From assembly GCA_009914755.4 (NCBI GenBank), contig CP068257.2, forward strand, positions 15,968,001 to 16,032,000: a stretch of 64,000 nt of DNA, given 5' to 3'. This stretch comes from the human T2T-CHM13v2.0 reference genome, Homo sapiens. The number at the start of each line of letters is the position of its first letter. Positions within the stretch are counted from its first letter, which is position 1. Both the position numbers and the translations under genes were made by a program. Positions 10,257 through 24,733 of this stretch are shown here, one piece after another. The notes below the pieces were generated by a model. The model did not search any database. It was not told the DNA's origin and worked only from the letters and a program-made list of their open reading frames with translations.

Positions 10257-11254
10257 CAAAGTGATGACTCTTTATTTTGGAAGTATTTATTTATTCTGGA
10301 CCCTTTATTTCTTTGATGTATTTTTTAATTCGATTTTATTATCTTATAGACAGATAATTCATTAAATACATAACTAAATGTTTTAACAATATTTTGGTGT
10401 GTGTGCTTACTGATATGTTTGTATTCACAAATCAGAAAAAAAAAATTTAATGTAAGAGAGACTTTCGAAAACAATTAAGCCCCGAGGCAGCATCACTCCT
10501 CTCTTTACATTCATTTCCTCTGTGTTTGAACTCACCCCATGGTTTTGAGTACTGCCTGTGTGAGAGGACTCCCTAATTAATCATTCCAGCTCTTGATAAT
10601 CCTCTGAACTTCAAACTTGTGTATCTAACAATGTGATGGACATCTCCACTTGGATAGCTGATAGGCATTTCATACATAACATGTCCCAAGATAAACCCTT
10701 GTTTGCCCTTGTCCCACAACTCCCACTAAACTTGCCACTCCTCTTTGTTATCTCATTATGTCTTTTTTCTCCATGGCTGGGACCAAAAATTTTGGAGTCA
10801 ACAATGACACCCCTCTTTCCCCAACACCCCATAAGCTATCCCTGAGCAAATCCTCTTGATTCAACCTAATTTTCAATTCTTTTTGAGACACTCAAGTAGC
10901 AGTTTTAAATGGTTCAACCCAACATATCCAGAATCTGACCATTCCTATGTCCATTGTAATTTCCCTAGTTCAAGCTGTTGCATGAATGATGGCAACATTT
11001 GTCTAATTGCATTCTACACAGGGTAGTTCACAGTGATCCTTTTATCGTGTAAGGCTGATCGTGTCATGCCTCTGCCCCAAACCCCCATAGGCTCCCCATT
11101 TCACCCACAGTAAAAGACAAAGGTCTCACAATGTTCTACTAAGCCCCACAGTAGCTGACCCCTCATTTCCTTACCTCCCCCAGCCCATGCTTTCTCCCTC
11201 TCTTGCTTCATCTCCTGCTATACTCACCTCCCATTTCAATCAAGTCTCACAGTA

Positions 11255-11790
11255 TTAGTTTTCTATTACTTCCACAACAAATGACCACAAATTGCCACAC
11301 ACTTAGCAGCTTAAAGCAACATAAATTTATTATCTCACAGTTCTGTAGTTTGGAGGTCTGAACTGTCTTGGCTGTTTCCTGTGTTGGTAGAATCCAGTGC
11401 CTTCAGTCTGCAGGACTGAGGTCCCTGTTTCGTCACTGGTGTCAGCTAGGGCCCACCCTTATCTCCCAGAGGACAATCCTTGCTCATGGGTCCCCATATC
11501 TCAGAGCCAGAAACAGTGCATGCTATCCTCATGTTTGGAATCTCTCTGATTTTTCCCTTCTGCTGAATCTCTCTTGCTGCAGCCAGAAAAAGTTTTTTGC
11601 TTTTAAGGGCTCATGTGACTCTATTGGACCCACCTGGATAATCTAGGATAATCTCTTTATCTTAAGGTCTGAAATGCCATTTCCGTCTGCAATTTCTTTG
11701 CCACATAATGTAACAAATTGACAGGTGCCAGGCATGTGGGCATGGACATCTTTGGGGCACCACTATCTGCCTACCATATGGTCTCTTAGC
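11255..11790 (+). mobile_element. ERVL/MaLR-class LTR fragment (LTR33/MLT-like; tentative)
   Basis: ...tattagttttctattacttccacaacaaatgaccacaaattgccacacacttagcagcttaaagcaacataaatttattatctcacagttctgtagtttggaggtctg... A similar motif recurs at 23745-24115 and 35140-35290. Confidence 0.35.
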
Positions 11791-12039
11791 CACGCATGCT
11801 TCCATCTCTGGGCCCATATGCTTGCTGTCCTGCTACCTGGAATATTGTTCCCCCGGTTAATTACGAAGCTCATTACACAGCAGGTCCTTGCCCAGGTATC
11901 ACCAGATCCTATCAGCCTTTCTGACCAGCCTGTAAAAGAAACATCCCCCATTACACTTTTTTTTACCCCTTAACCTGCTTTTTGTTTTCTTTCTCTAACC
12001 ACTATCTGACAGAATATATTTGTGTATCTATTATATGTC

Positions 12040-12160
12040 TCCCTCTACTAAGACCTTTGGGAGCAGAAACTTTGATTTATTCACTCCTGGATTTGCCCTA
12101 CCTAGACCTGTTTCTTGTACTTGGTAAAATGTTCAATAAATATTTGTTGAATCACCAAAA
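12040..12160 (+). mobile_element. MIR SINE 3' fragment
   Basis: ...tgtacttggtaaaatgttcaataaatatttgttgaatcacc resembles the MIR 3' end (...gcctggcacatagtaggcgctcaataaatatttgttgaatgaatgaa). Confidence 0.45.
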
Positions 12161-14090
12161 AAGCCCCAGAGGCCCCACTGCATTAATCATGTTTGGGCAA
12201 AAACATGAGTCCACGAAGTGTGAATTTTACCTAAGGAACTATTTTTTTTTTTTAAACTTATTCATAGGAATACCATTAGTTTGTCAAATGCCTTGCTGAG
12301 GTCATTATAGCAACTTCTATAGGTATCTCCTGAAGCTCTGAAAGAAAAAAATTTATTGCAGATTTCAAAATACATAGAAAAGGAGAATTCTAATGTTGCC
12401 AACACAAAGAAAAGTGTTTGAGGTGATAAATATCCCAATTACCGATTTGATCATTACACATTTTATATATGTATCAAAATAATGACGTACCCCAAAATAT
12501 GTACAACTGTGATATATAATTGATATATTAATTTTAAAAAAGAAAAGAAGTAGTTTGGCATTACTGTCCTTGGTATACCTAAACTAGCTCAAAGTGTTCA
12601 TCTCTTTCATCTCTAATTGCTGATAAACTTTTTATTAATCTGTGCTAAAATCTTTAAAGAGCTCGAGATCAAGTCTGTAGTTTTCAAATCACTTTTCATC
12701 TTCTTTCAAAATCAGGACATATACCATTTGCAAATTCCTGATATTTCTCTTATACATTTCCTCGTTTAATTATCAACAGCATACCTTAAATCTACAGATG
12801 ATTCTAGCACCGGAGATATCAATCCCCTCAGAGTTACTATTTCTTCTTTTTCTTTAACTCCTCACCTTAGGATGTTAGCTCTGTTCTTTTTTACTTAAGG
12901 TTGCTTTTCTTGGAATAAAGAATGAAACAAAATGAGATTCTGAAGATTTTATTTTTGCCTCCATCTGCACTGAGCGGGAGTCTGAAGACTTTCTCTGAAC
13001 TTAGCAAAACAGCTTTTTGAGAACCATTAGCCCATTTTTGACATTTAGCCTTCCCTTCCCCATTGTTATGGGTTTCAGCCAGTGACTTTTTCATTTGCAG
13101 CTGGTCTACCTTATGCAGTCTTTTCGGTTTCCTATGCATTTCCCCCTTTTCTTTCTTCATGGGCATTATTTTTCATATACGGACAGACTATTTTAGAGTT
13201 ACCCATTTCTCATGAGCCATTTTCTGTTTTAGATATTTGTCAATGCAAACATACCTATCCCCTTGGAATTAAGACAGGTTTTTTAAAAAAATAATTTTTG
13301 AGCACATGCTAAATGTAAGCAAGAAAATGTGCTATATACTGCAGAGCAGTTTTTTCTCAAAATTGGTTCCTGGACCATCTGAATCTGAACCATGGGGTGG
13401 TGATAATGGTATTTATTACCATGTAAATTACCAATTACTCAATCAGAATTAGAAGGGGGTAGATGGGAGACTTGGGAATCAACATTTTTTTTTTCTTTAT
13501 TTCTTACTTGATGAAAAGTTTCCCAAGGAATCAGCATTTTTTTTAGCAAGTTTCTCAGGTTATACTTTTCAAAGCCTGACAACTTTATCTGTCAAGGATA
13601 TGCAGAAGCATAAGTCCCTGCTGATAAGAAGCTAATGCTATATTTAAGATGCTATGGCATAAAAATAACATAAATAATGAGTGGCACAGACAATCAGCGC
13701 ACTTGAGTCAGCAAGTGCAGCTGCTGGGAATGGGGTAGTGGGTGTTAAGGCTGGCTTCATAGAGCAGGTGTTTATTGCTCATAAAAAGCACTCAAGAACT
13801 GTTTGTTGAATTAATGACAAAAGCTGTGCTGAAAGGTAAAGAAGCCATAATATTGTTTTAGTTGAGAAAGAACTTACAACCCTTTTGTTTTCCCCCATTA
13901 TCATATAGGTAAAGAAATTGAGTTCCAGAAGAGTAATTGACACAATTGCCCCATGTCACACAACACGGTGGTATTGAAAGAGACAAGAAGGAAAGTTTCC
14001 TAACTTCAAACTTTGTGCTTTCTCCACTATCCCGTGAGAGAATTTGGACTGGCTACAAGCAAGGGGTAAGGCATTTTAAGAACTGGAGTA

Positions 14091-14380
14091 GGCCAGGTGC
14101 AGTGTCTCATGCCTGTAATCCCAGCACTTTGGGAGGCCAAGGCGGGCAGATCACCTGAGGTTGGGAGTTCGAGACCAGCCTGACCAACATGCAGAAACCC
14201 CATCTCTACTAAAAATACAAAATTAGCCAGGCGTGGTGGCTCATGCCTGTAATCCCCACTACTCAGGAGGCTGAGGCAAGAGAATCACTTGAACCTAGGA
14301 GGCGGAGGTTGCGGTGAGCCGAGATTACACCATTGCACTCCAGCCTGGGCAACAAGAGCAAAACTTCACCTCGAAAAAAA
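14091..14380 (+). mobile_element. Alu SINE, full length, 12-bp TSD 'agaactggagta'
   Basis: ggccaggtgcagtgtctcatgcctgtaatcccagcactttgggaggccaaggcgggcagatcacctgaggttgggagttcgagaccagcctgaccaacatg...poly-A. The TSD lies at 14079-14090 and 14381-14392. Confidence 0.9.
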
Positions 14381-14509
14381 AGAGAACTGGAGTAAATTTA
14401 GTAAGATGTGTAATAAATGGGTTGTCATTAACCAACAAGGAAGGACAAAGGACTTGATTGAGAGATTGATGAAAGACAGGCTGGAAAAGGCAAGTTAAGA
14501 TTGTGAGGC

Positions 14510-14640
14510 TGCGTGTGGCACCTCATGCACCTGACCTCACCATCCTGTAATCCCAACACTTTGGGAGGCCAAGGCAGGAGAATTGCTTGAGCCCAAGAGT
14601 CAAGACCATCGGGAAATATGGTCTCTACAAAATATTTAAA
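14510..14640 (+). mobile_element. Alu monomer-like fragment (FLAM/FRAM-like)
   Basis: ...cctgtaatcccaacactttgggaggccaaggcaggagaattgcttgagcccaagagtcaagaccatcgggaaatatggtctctacaaaa. Confidence 0.55.
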
Positions 14641-15227
14641 AGTAAATAAAAGAGAAGACTGTGAGTCACTTGAATACCAGAGCAAAAGGAGTAGATATTA
14701 GAGAGCTGCTAAAAATTTTGAGACAAGATAAAAGCAATGTTAGGAAAATTAACTTGTGGTTGCTACTCGGAAAGATGAGAGAGACAAAAGTTCAGAGCCA
14801 GTGAGATGCCAGATTAGGATCCAACTTTGTGGACCATGATGAGAAAATTAAGACCCAGATTGGTAAAAGTATGGATGTGTGAACAAATTTAAAGTTTGGG
14901 TCAATACAATATGGAAACAAATCCAATTCTGGTCTAGTTCAGTAGTTTCTTTCTTTTAGTTGATTAAGTTTTTAGTTGATTTTTTCTAAAAGCAAGTAAT
15001 TCTCTTTTTTTCACACTAATGTAGAACTCAACTTTTCCTTTTCTCAAAGCCCAACTTTTTTTGTGCACAAACAAATCAATACTCAAATAAGAGTTATACA
15101 CTTAAGAGATTATAAAAGCACCATTTCATTCAGCAAACCTTTAAAAGAAGCATCTACTCTTTGTTAGGCACTGTTCCAAGTTCTGGGCCTTTAGAAATGC
15201 ATAAGATATGGTCTCTGTTTTAGTCAG

Positions 15228-16084
<857 letters not shown>

Positions 16085-16140
16085 CTCTGTCTTCAAGGAG
16101 CTTACAACTTACTGGGGGTAAGAGACAAGGAGGCCAATGA

Positions 16141-16423
16141 ATCACAGCACTTTGGGAGGCCGAGGTGGGCCGATCACTTGAAGCCAGGAGTTTGAGACCA
16201 GTCTGGCCAACATAGCAAAACCCCATTTCTACTAAAAATACAAAAATTAGCTGGGTATGGTGATGCAGGCCTGTAGTCCCAGCTGCTCAGGAGGCTGAAG
16301 TGGAAGGATCGCTTGAACCTGGGAGGCGGAGAGTGCAGTGAGCCAAGATGGCACCACTGTACTCCAGCCTGGGCGACAGAGAGAGAGAGAGAGACTGTGT
16401 CTCAAAAAAAAAAAAAAAAAAAA
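16141..16423 (+). mobile_element. Alu SINE, 5'-truncated, with (GA)n and a long poly-A tail
   Basis: Begins inside the Alu at ...cagcactttgggaggccgaggtgggccgatcacttgaagccagg... It ends ...gagagagagagagagactgtgtctcaaaaaaaaaaaaaaaaaaaa. Confidence 0.8.
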
Positions 16424-16610
16424 TTAAAAAATTAGCCATGTATGTTGGTATATGCCTGTAGTCCCAGCTACTTAGGAGGCTGATGTCGGAGGATTACCTG
16501 AGTCCAGGAGGTTGAGGCTGTGGTTAGCTGTGATTGTGCCACTGCACTCCAGCCTGGGAACAGAGTGAGACCCTGTCTCAAACAAAACAAAACAAAACAA
16601 AACCCAAAAA
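16424..16610 (+). mobile_element. Alu right-monomer fragment with (CAAAA)n tail
   Basis: ...attagccatgtatgttggtatatgcctgtagtcccagctacttaggaggctg...cactgcactccagcctgggaacagagtgagaccctgtctcaaacaaaacaaaacaaaacaaaac. Confidence 0.6.
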
Positions 16611-16699
16611 GAAGCAAAAAACAAAACAGACAAATAAAATTGCAACTTGTAATTCATACTCCAATATAGGTCTTTATTTTAATTCTATGAAAACATCAA

Positions 16700-16868
16700 A
16701 TGGAGGAGCTGGGCATGGTGGTGGATGCCTGTAATACCAGCTACTTGGAGGCTGAGGCAGGAAGATCACTTGAGCCCAGGAGTTTGAGACCAGTTTGGGC
16801 AACATAGTGAGACCCTGGCGCTATAAACAAACAAACAAATAAGCAAATAAATAAATAAATAAATAAAA
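16700..16868 (+). mobile_element. Alu fragment with (CAAA)n/(AAAT)n tail
   Basis: ggagctgggcatggtggtggatgcctgtaataccagctacttggaggctgaggcaggaagatcacttgagcccaggagtttgagaccag...aaacaaacaaacaaataagcaaataaataaataaataaataaaac. Confidence 0.6.
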
Positions 16869-18892
16869 CAAAGTGGAGAGTGATAAACTCTGCCTGTGGA
16901 GAAAGGTGAAGTCAATAACGTTACAGGGAAAATAGTTTCTGTTTAGGAAAACACCAAGATGGGCCATTTTATTTATGGCTATCAAGCTATCTGAGCATTG
17001 CCAGAATAACCCAGGATGTCTCCAAACTGCCCCAGGTGGGAGGTAAATGGGCTTCCGGGTGTTGGATGTAGTTGGGACATTAAGAGTGAGATTCTAAGAA
17101 ATCAAGGCTACCCAAAAATATATTGGGCTCTTTCTTGAATTAAAAAAAGACAGTCGAATGAAAGTTTCTAAGATTCAGGATTTATCAAGAGACCTAAGAA
17201 CAGGAATATGTTATTTTTTACTTCCAAATTAGAAAATTGTATGAAGTGAAAAATTTTAAACATATCCAAAAATAGAGAGCAAAGCACAATGAAGCCCAAT
17301 ATCCATCGAGATTTAAAATTACCAAGATTGTGTCACACTTGCGTAATTGCTTTTTCTTTCTTTGCTAAATATTTGAAAACAAATCTTAGAAATCCTGTCA
17401 TTTCACTCCTACATACTTCAAGATGCATCCCTAAAAAATATGGTCTTTTAAAAATTCATAATGCCATTTTTACATCTAACAAAATTAATAGTAATTCCTG
17501 GTATTTTTGGTATTATGGAATAGCCAGCAATATTAAAATATCCCTGACTGTCTAAAATATTTCTGTATACTGTTGGTTAGTTGAATGGTAACGCAAAGTC
17601 CACATATTTAAATGTTTTGACTCTCCTGTCTTTTAAATGTAGAGAAGACTTCCTTCTTCCTTCTTCTTTTTTTTTTTTTTTTTTTGGTTTCTCATGGTAT
17701 TGATTTGTTGAAGAAAATGCATCTATTGTCATTAAAAATGTTCCATATATTGAATTTGTTATAATATTCATTTTAAGTTATTTTTCTGCAATATAATCTA
17801 CATTTCACTGTATTGTTTCAGAAATTCTGCTTCCTACTCAGCTTTAAGTCAAAGGTAATTATGGGAGCAAAGGAACTTAGGAGATACTTTCCAGGAAGGT
17901 AATGGATTACAGAAAAGAGGAAGGAAGTGCAGAATTCGAAACGCAGGGTGTCGAACAAGAAGACAAAGAAAGCAGCAATGGAGAAAGAGAGATGACGCAG
18001 AGAGAGATAAGGCAACTCCCTGGCTTCCTTGTACTTACCAAAAAAAGTGAACCAAATTTGAGATTCTCTAAGATAGTTGTAAAAAGATCAGTATTATATT
18101 AAAAGAATGATGGAAATCTGAATAGTAAAATGTATTGAACCTACTAAATAGTTTGTTACATTAGCACTGTGGGTTCTTTAGCCTAAATATAGAACTTACC
18201 ATTTTTTTCTTGAGGAAAAGATAGATTATGACACTTACGGTAGAATCATGTAAAATTCAGTGGTAAATAGGTTCATGTAGTTTTACAGTTCGTTGCTTTT
18301 ATAGTCTTAGACTATAAAATAAAACAGTTGAACTGAAAATGTCTGCTCTTACCCAGTTTTATCATCCCACTGCTTTTCACGCTCTTTTGCTTTTTGTTGG
18401 CCAGCACACTAGTTCGTTTTTAGCCAAGTATTTCAAAGTGTCAAATAAAAGTACTGCTGCAGCCAGGCAGCAGCTGACTTCATTTTTACTCAAGTGTGAG
18501 ATAGCACTCACAGATGTCAACTTGTATTCTTTTTTAATGAAATAATTTTGATGAATTCTAAATATACTAAAGCATTGTCAGAATCAGCTTTGAAAATTCA
18601 GGGTTTAGTAATCAGTGCCAACTCCAGTGACACCTCAAACATACCAAATATTCGTTCTCTTAGAGACCTGGTGAGATTAACATGACAGTATTAATGATTT
18701 TAGCTTTCTATATTCACTCTTGGTATTGCTGTCATTTTATACATTTCTCCACATTACTGCCATCTAAGACAGACTCTAAGCTAAAGACATTTATTTGTTT
18801 TGCTCAGCTACCCCTACGTGTGGTAGACTAGATACCACTTGATTATGATGACAATTAAAGGAAGATGAGGCTTAAAAAATGCTTGAATTTGG

Positions 18893-19128
18893 ATCACGGC
18901 TCACTGCACCCTCTATCTCCTGGGCTCAATAGATCGTTCCACCTCAGCCTCCTGAGCAGCTGGGACCACAGGTGTGCACCACCAACCTGGCTAATTTTTA
19001 AATTTTTTGTAGATACAGGATTTTATCATGTTACCCAGGCTAGTCTCGAACTCCAGGGCTCAAGTGATCCACCAGCTTCGGCCTGCCAAAGTGCTTGGGA
19101 CCACAGGTGTGAGCCACTGCACCCAGCC
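18893..19128 (-). mobile_element. Alu SINE fragment, minus strand, lacking the poly-A/3' end
   Basis: ...gatcacggctcactgcaccctctatctcctgggctcaa...gcctcctgagcagctgggaccacaggtgtgcacc...cttgggaccacaggtgtgagccactgcacccagcc. A 10-bp direct repeat, tgaatttgga, flanks it (18884 and 19130). Confidence 0.75.
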
Positions 19129-19602
19129 TGAATTTGGAAATTTCAACAGAAAGCAGCAAACATGTTTGAGAATTTGAGTATAAATAACTTATTTATTTAT
19201 GTATTTCCAGTTTCAGTACCACATAGTGAGAGATTCAGAGTGGACCATTCGCAGTTGACAAAATTCACACTTCTCCCCAAGAGTTTGAAGGGTTTTATAG
19301 TCTGTGTTAAGATTGAAGCCTGAGTGAAAATGTCTGTGAAAAACAAAGTTTAAGAGCTCAGAGGGAAACTTAAGAGAACACCATGTAAGTGAACAGCCTA
19401 TTAAGAAAGATCAAGGATAAGAAGAACTATAAAAAGAACAGATAAGGAAAGCACTCAGAATAACAGTTGCATATTGATGTGGAGGCTCAACTCAAAGGGG
19501 GTTAGAACAGGCTGGTCAAGGTTTCCAAAGCGCGACATTTAGGAGACACAAACAAACTTGGCAAGTCATGTGGTCATTAACCTGTACTTAAAACTGAAGA
19601 GA

Positions 19603-19903
19603 GGCCGGGCGTGGTGGCTCACGCCTGTAATGCCAGCACTTTGGGAGGCCGAGGCGGGCGGATCACGAGGTCAGAAGATTGAGACCATCCTGGCTAACAC
19701 GGTGAAACCCCATCTCTACTAAAAATACAAAAAATATTAGCCGGGCGTGGGGGCAGGCGCCTGTAGTCCCAGCTACTCAGGAGGCCGAGGCAGGAGAATG
19801 ACATGAACGCGGGAGGCAGAGCTTGCAGTGAGCTGAGATCGCCACCGCACTCCAGCCTGGGCGACAGAGTGAGACTCTGTTTCAAAAAAATAAAAAAATA
19901 AAA
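19603..19903 (+). mobile_element. AluY-like SINE, full length, flanked by a direct repeat aaact(c)tgaagagag
   Basis: ggccgggcgtggtggctcacgcctgtaatgccagcactttgggaggccgaggcgggcggatcacgaggtcagaagattgagaccatcctggctaacacggtgaaacc, which are AluY diagnostic positions. Many CpGs are intact. An A-rich tail follows. Confidence 0.9.
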
Positions 19904-20271
19904 CTCTGAAGAGAAGGGTGTGAAGGGTTTGAAGGAGGGTGCTCAGATTTGGCTAGGTGTATAATCACAGTGTTCCCAAGGTTTAGGTGGTCTTATTCTC
20001 TAAACCTGTGCTAAGACAATTGGATAATGTTGGGGCTCAGAAAACGATGTCTCATAGTGTGGCTCTATAGCATGTTGAACACAGTGAATTAAAGAAAATT
20101 GGAAGGCCTGAGAAGCTGCCTCAGAATCAAGGTCTCTCTGATCTTCCTTTGTTTTCTTCCCCCAGGCACAGGGAGAGCTCTCCCTGAAGTTCTGACTGAG
20201 GGAATTCCTTCCAAAAGAAACACAATTGTCTTCAATCTCCTGTCTGAAATCTCACTAACCAGGGAAGATTA

Positions 20272-20573
<302 letters not shown>

Positions 20574-21769
20574 AAATTAAAAGAAAAGATTGTCCCCACA
20601 TAGTCCCAGACACACTTTTCATCTATTCTTCTGAGGAATGGTGCCTGAGAGACTTTATCTGCGTAATTAGACAGCCTTTGTTCACAGTGCAATTCTGCCA
20701 CTAAACTTCTCATAAATTGTCACCATCTCTCTCAGAGCCCAGACTAACTTTGTCCCAGGCTATTGTCTGTTCTTTGAGCCAATTCATCTCCCCTAAAAAT
20801 TATCTATTCTTCCTCTAAAATTACCTACATCCCCTCCTTCCCTCTGCCTTATGAAGAAGGTATTTAACCTTCAATAATCTGGCCCTTCTTTGAGTTTTAT
20901 ACTTTGTCTGACTCCCATGTGCTTGTACATTTATAAATTTGTATGCCTGTTCTCCCATTAATCTGTCTATTGTAAGTTTGTTTATAGATTCGAATTCTCA
21001 AACCTTCAGGAGGTGAAAAGAAAGTTCCTTTTGCCCTTACAACAACGTGAGACTAGCTCTGAAGTTTTCATTAGCTATGTGAAGCTTATATCTCAGAATA
21101 GCCTCACATACACTGGTAAAGATTAGCAGGTCATTTGGGCTGATGGCATAGTCTGGAATAACAGAGGAGGAAATAAAATTTTAAAAGCTCATGAACCCAA
21201 GAGTATGATCTTCAGAGGAGAGATTTCCTATCTCTTAAATTCTACGTAAATAGTGAAGTCCTATATGGGGGGGATCCTTCATCTGGGGCCTACCTTGGGC
21301 AGAATAATGTAGTTGTACCTCATTCTATCATAGCTAAAAGACAAAGTACTTTTTAAGACTTTGCAAAATTTTGTTCATGTTGCGTATCTTTTTAAAGTCT
21401 GACTCTCTGCACTAAAATAGGATAGCCTAAACAGGGCTCTTTTCGGAGTAAAATTATTATGAGCCCAGTAGTTTTCCCAGTAAGTAAGCTATCAGAACTT
21501 ACAAAAATATGAGACAGAGCTTTGCAGATGTAGCTAGAGAAAGGTCAGTTGGTGGACTTGAACTTGTTTTTAGTTTATTTATGTATTCTCCAATACTCTA
21601 GACTGTTCTAGAAATCACTAGAGAGAAATAATGGTGGTATTCCATGCCTATGATACATCACAGACTACATTTGGAGGACTGCAGAAAGAAGCAAAAACAG
21701 AAGTTTCCATAATGAGTGGTAGAGATGTGCTAAATGTCTTCTTTTTCAAACTTTAATTTTTAATTTTTA

Positions 21770-21940
21770 ATTTTTTTTAGAGATGTGATATTGCTATATT
21801 GCCCAGGCTATAGTGCAGTGACTATTCACAGGTGCAGTCATAGTACACTGCAACCCTGAACTCCTGGGCTCCAGCAATCCTCCTGCCTAAGCATCCTGAG
21901 TAGTTAGAACTACAGGTGCATGCCACAATACTGGGCTTAA
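21770..21940 (-). mobile_element. Old Alu monomer-like fragment (FLAM-like), minus strand
   Basis: ttttttttagagatgtgatattgctatattgcccaggctatagtgcagtg...ctcctgggctccagcaatcctcctgcctaagcatcctgagtagttagaactacaggtgcatgccacaatactgggc. Confidence 0.5.
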
Positions 21941-22974
21941 TGCCTTCTTTACTGATCCTTGATGGTAAAGGGGAAGACCATTTTAGAACCTTTGATTCCT
22001 TGGACATAATCCCATGGTACTGCTCTTTAATAAAGATAAATTATAAGGAATTGGATTCTATAGGGAAGAAATGGATGGAAGTTGTAACAAAATGTAATAG
22101 TAATGAAATATTAATAGAAAGGCCTAAATAGAATCTGTGGCATAACTCTCAAAATAGTCCTTTAATAACCTCCTTTTGAAAATATCAAGGTTAAGACCTA
22201 GAGACGTAAAGTCCTGCCCAAAGTCAATTGTCTGGTTAGTGGCACACAGAGCACTAAAGTTTACATCAGCAGGTTCCCAGTTCAGTACATCTTCTAGAGC
22301 TTCTAAAAATTAATGTGAAGATAGTCTTTGCTCTATTGAAGCATAATTATAAACATCAAATATTTGTAAAATATCTTCTATATAGTAGGATGTTTTTCCT
22401 TTTATTTATTAGTAAATTTACCACAATATTAATTTAGTTAGTAAATTAGAATTTTTCTTTCCCATTCATCATTTATGTCACCAGCAGGTAATCCTACTCC
22501 ATCCTCCCACCACATCTCATTTCATTATCACCTGGCCTCCAGAGGGTGGAATCACTTGGGCACTGCTCAAGCTTATGAGATCTTAAAATTTATTTTTAAA
22601 ATATTTCAAATCAAAAAGTTTTTGAGCTGTGAAATTTAATAAGATATTGAGCTTTCTTCTAGCCTTTTATCCACTAATTCTACTCTTAGAAATTACTTCC
22701 TAAAAAAATACTTTTTAAGAAAACCACACACACACAAAATGTCCTCTAACTTTGTTCTTTTTTCTTCCAAGTTGTTTTGTCTGTTCTAGATCTTCTGCAC
22801 TTTAATTTAAACTTTAGAGTCAGCTTGCTACTTCTACAAAGTAGCTGGCTGGGATTTCTATTAGAATGCCTTGAATATACAGATCAATTTGGAAGAAATG
22901 ACGTCTTAACAATATAGAGTCATCTAATCTAGGAATATGGTATATTTCTTAATTGACTTAGGTCTTCTTTAACA

Positions 22975-23363
22975 TTTAATTTTACTCAGCAATGTTTTAT
23001 AGTTTTCAGTGTACAGGTCTTGAACATCTTTTGTCGAATTTATCCTTAAGTATTTTACAGTTTTGATGCCACTGTACATGGCAAACTTTAATTTTAATTT
23101 CTGATTGTTTATTGCTAATATAAAGAAATGCAATTGGTTTTTGATATTGACTTTGTACCCTGCCACTGAACTAAACTCACTTTCAGTTTTAACAGCTTAT
23201 TTGCAGATTCTTTAGGGTTTTTTGATAGATGACAATATCGTCTGTGAATAAACAGAGATTTATGTCTCCCTTTCCAGTCTATTTGCTTTTTATTATTTCT
23301 CTTTCCTTATTAGAGTGTTAGAACCTCCAGGATAATGTTGAATAAAAATAGCGGGAGTGGCCA
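22975..23363 (-). mobile_element. L1 (LINE-1) ORF2 fragment, minus strand
   Basis: The minus-strand ORF 22969-23166 translates ...KYLRINSTKDVQDLYTENYKTLLSKIKC, which resembles L1 ORF2 (...KYLGI.LT..VKDL..ENYK.LLKEIKED...). The + strand is the T-rich antisense of L1. Confidence 0.7.
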
Positions 23364-24010
23364 TCTGCAATGGTTAATTTTTAAAATTAATTAATTAAGT
23401 TGCTTCCAAAGGATGCAGTGTTGGAAGATGGCTCCAGACTTTGAATCCTGTTTTTGGGCAGTAAGATCAAAAGCTGAAGGCAAAAGGTATATACTAACTG
23501 ATTCTGTCCCTTTTCATTAGGAATAAAATAGCTTTCCTGGAAGATCTAACCAGTAAATGTTCATTTACATTTCATTAATCAGAAATGAATTACATGTCAA
23601 CTAACGTCACGTTGGGAGGTATCTGGGGAAATAAGTTTTTGTAACTGGGTATTTTGCTGCGTCAAAGAAAATCGAGGTTTAGAAGGTAGGAGAGAGGTTA
23701 TTGGGTAATTAGCAGACATGATATTGATACTAACAGTTGCTGTTTCATTTATCTAATGCTGTGCAACAAAACATGGCAAAGTCTAGTGACTTAAACAACG
23801 ACGACATTTAATACGCTCAGGTCTGGATTGCGACAGGGATCAGCTGCAGTGGCTCAAGGACTAAGGCTGGAATAATCTGAAATCTTGCTTCCTCACATGT
23901 CTGGGAGTTGATTTTGGCTGTTAGCTGATGGCTCCACTGGGACAGTGCCTGGAACACCTTCACTGGCTCCTCTATGCAGCTGCTTGGCATCTGCACAGAA
24001 TGGTGGCTGA

Positions 24011-24443
<433 letters not shown>

Positions 24444-24559
24444 AGACCCCACTTCTTGACAGTAGAATGCCAGATACAATTTGCCCGAAAGTGCTTACAT
24501 GCCCATGCGCTAATGTCTGAACAAGGTTGTTTCACTTCTACAAATGTTAGCCAAAACAC

Positions 24560-24650
24560 TCTTTTTCCCTCCCTCCCTCCCTCCCTCCTTCCCTTCCTTC
24601 CTTCCTTCCTTCCTCCTTTCCTTTCTTCCTCCCTTCCTTCCCTTTTCCCA
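24560..24650. repeat. (TCCC)n/(TTCC)n polypyrimidine tract, ~90 bp
   Basis: ccctccctccctccctccctccttcccttccttccttccttccttcctcctttcctttcttcctcccttccttccc. It generates the K/R/E/G-rich spurious ORFs 24416-24695. Confidence 0.9.
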
Positions 24651-24733
24651 GATAATTTTTTTAAAAAGAAAAATTGGGCCATGTTGTTTGCTCACTTAAA
24701 ATGTTTCAATACTTCTCATTATAAATCAAATAC

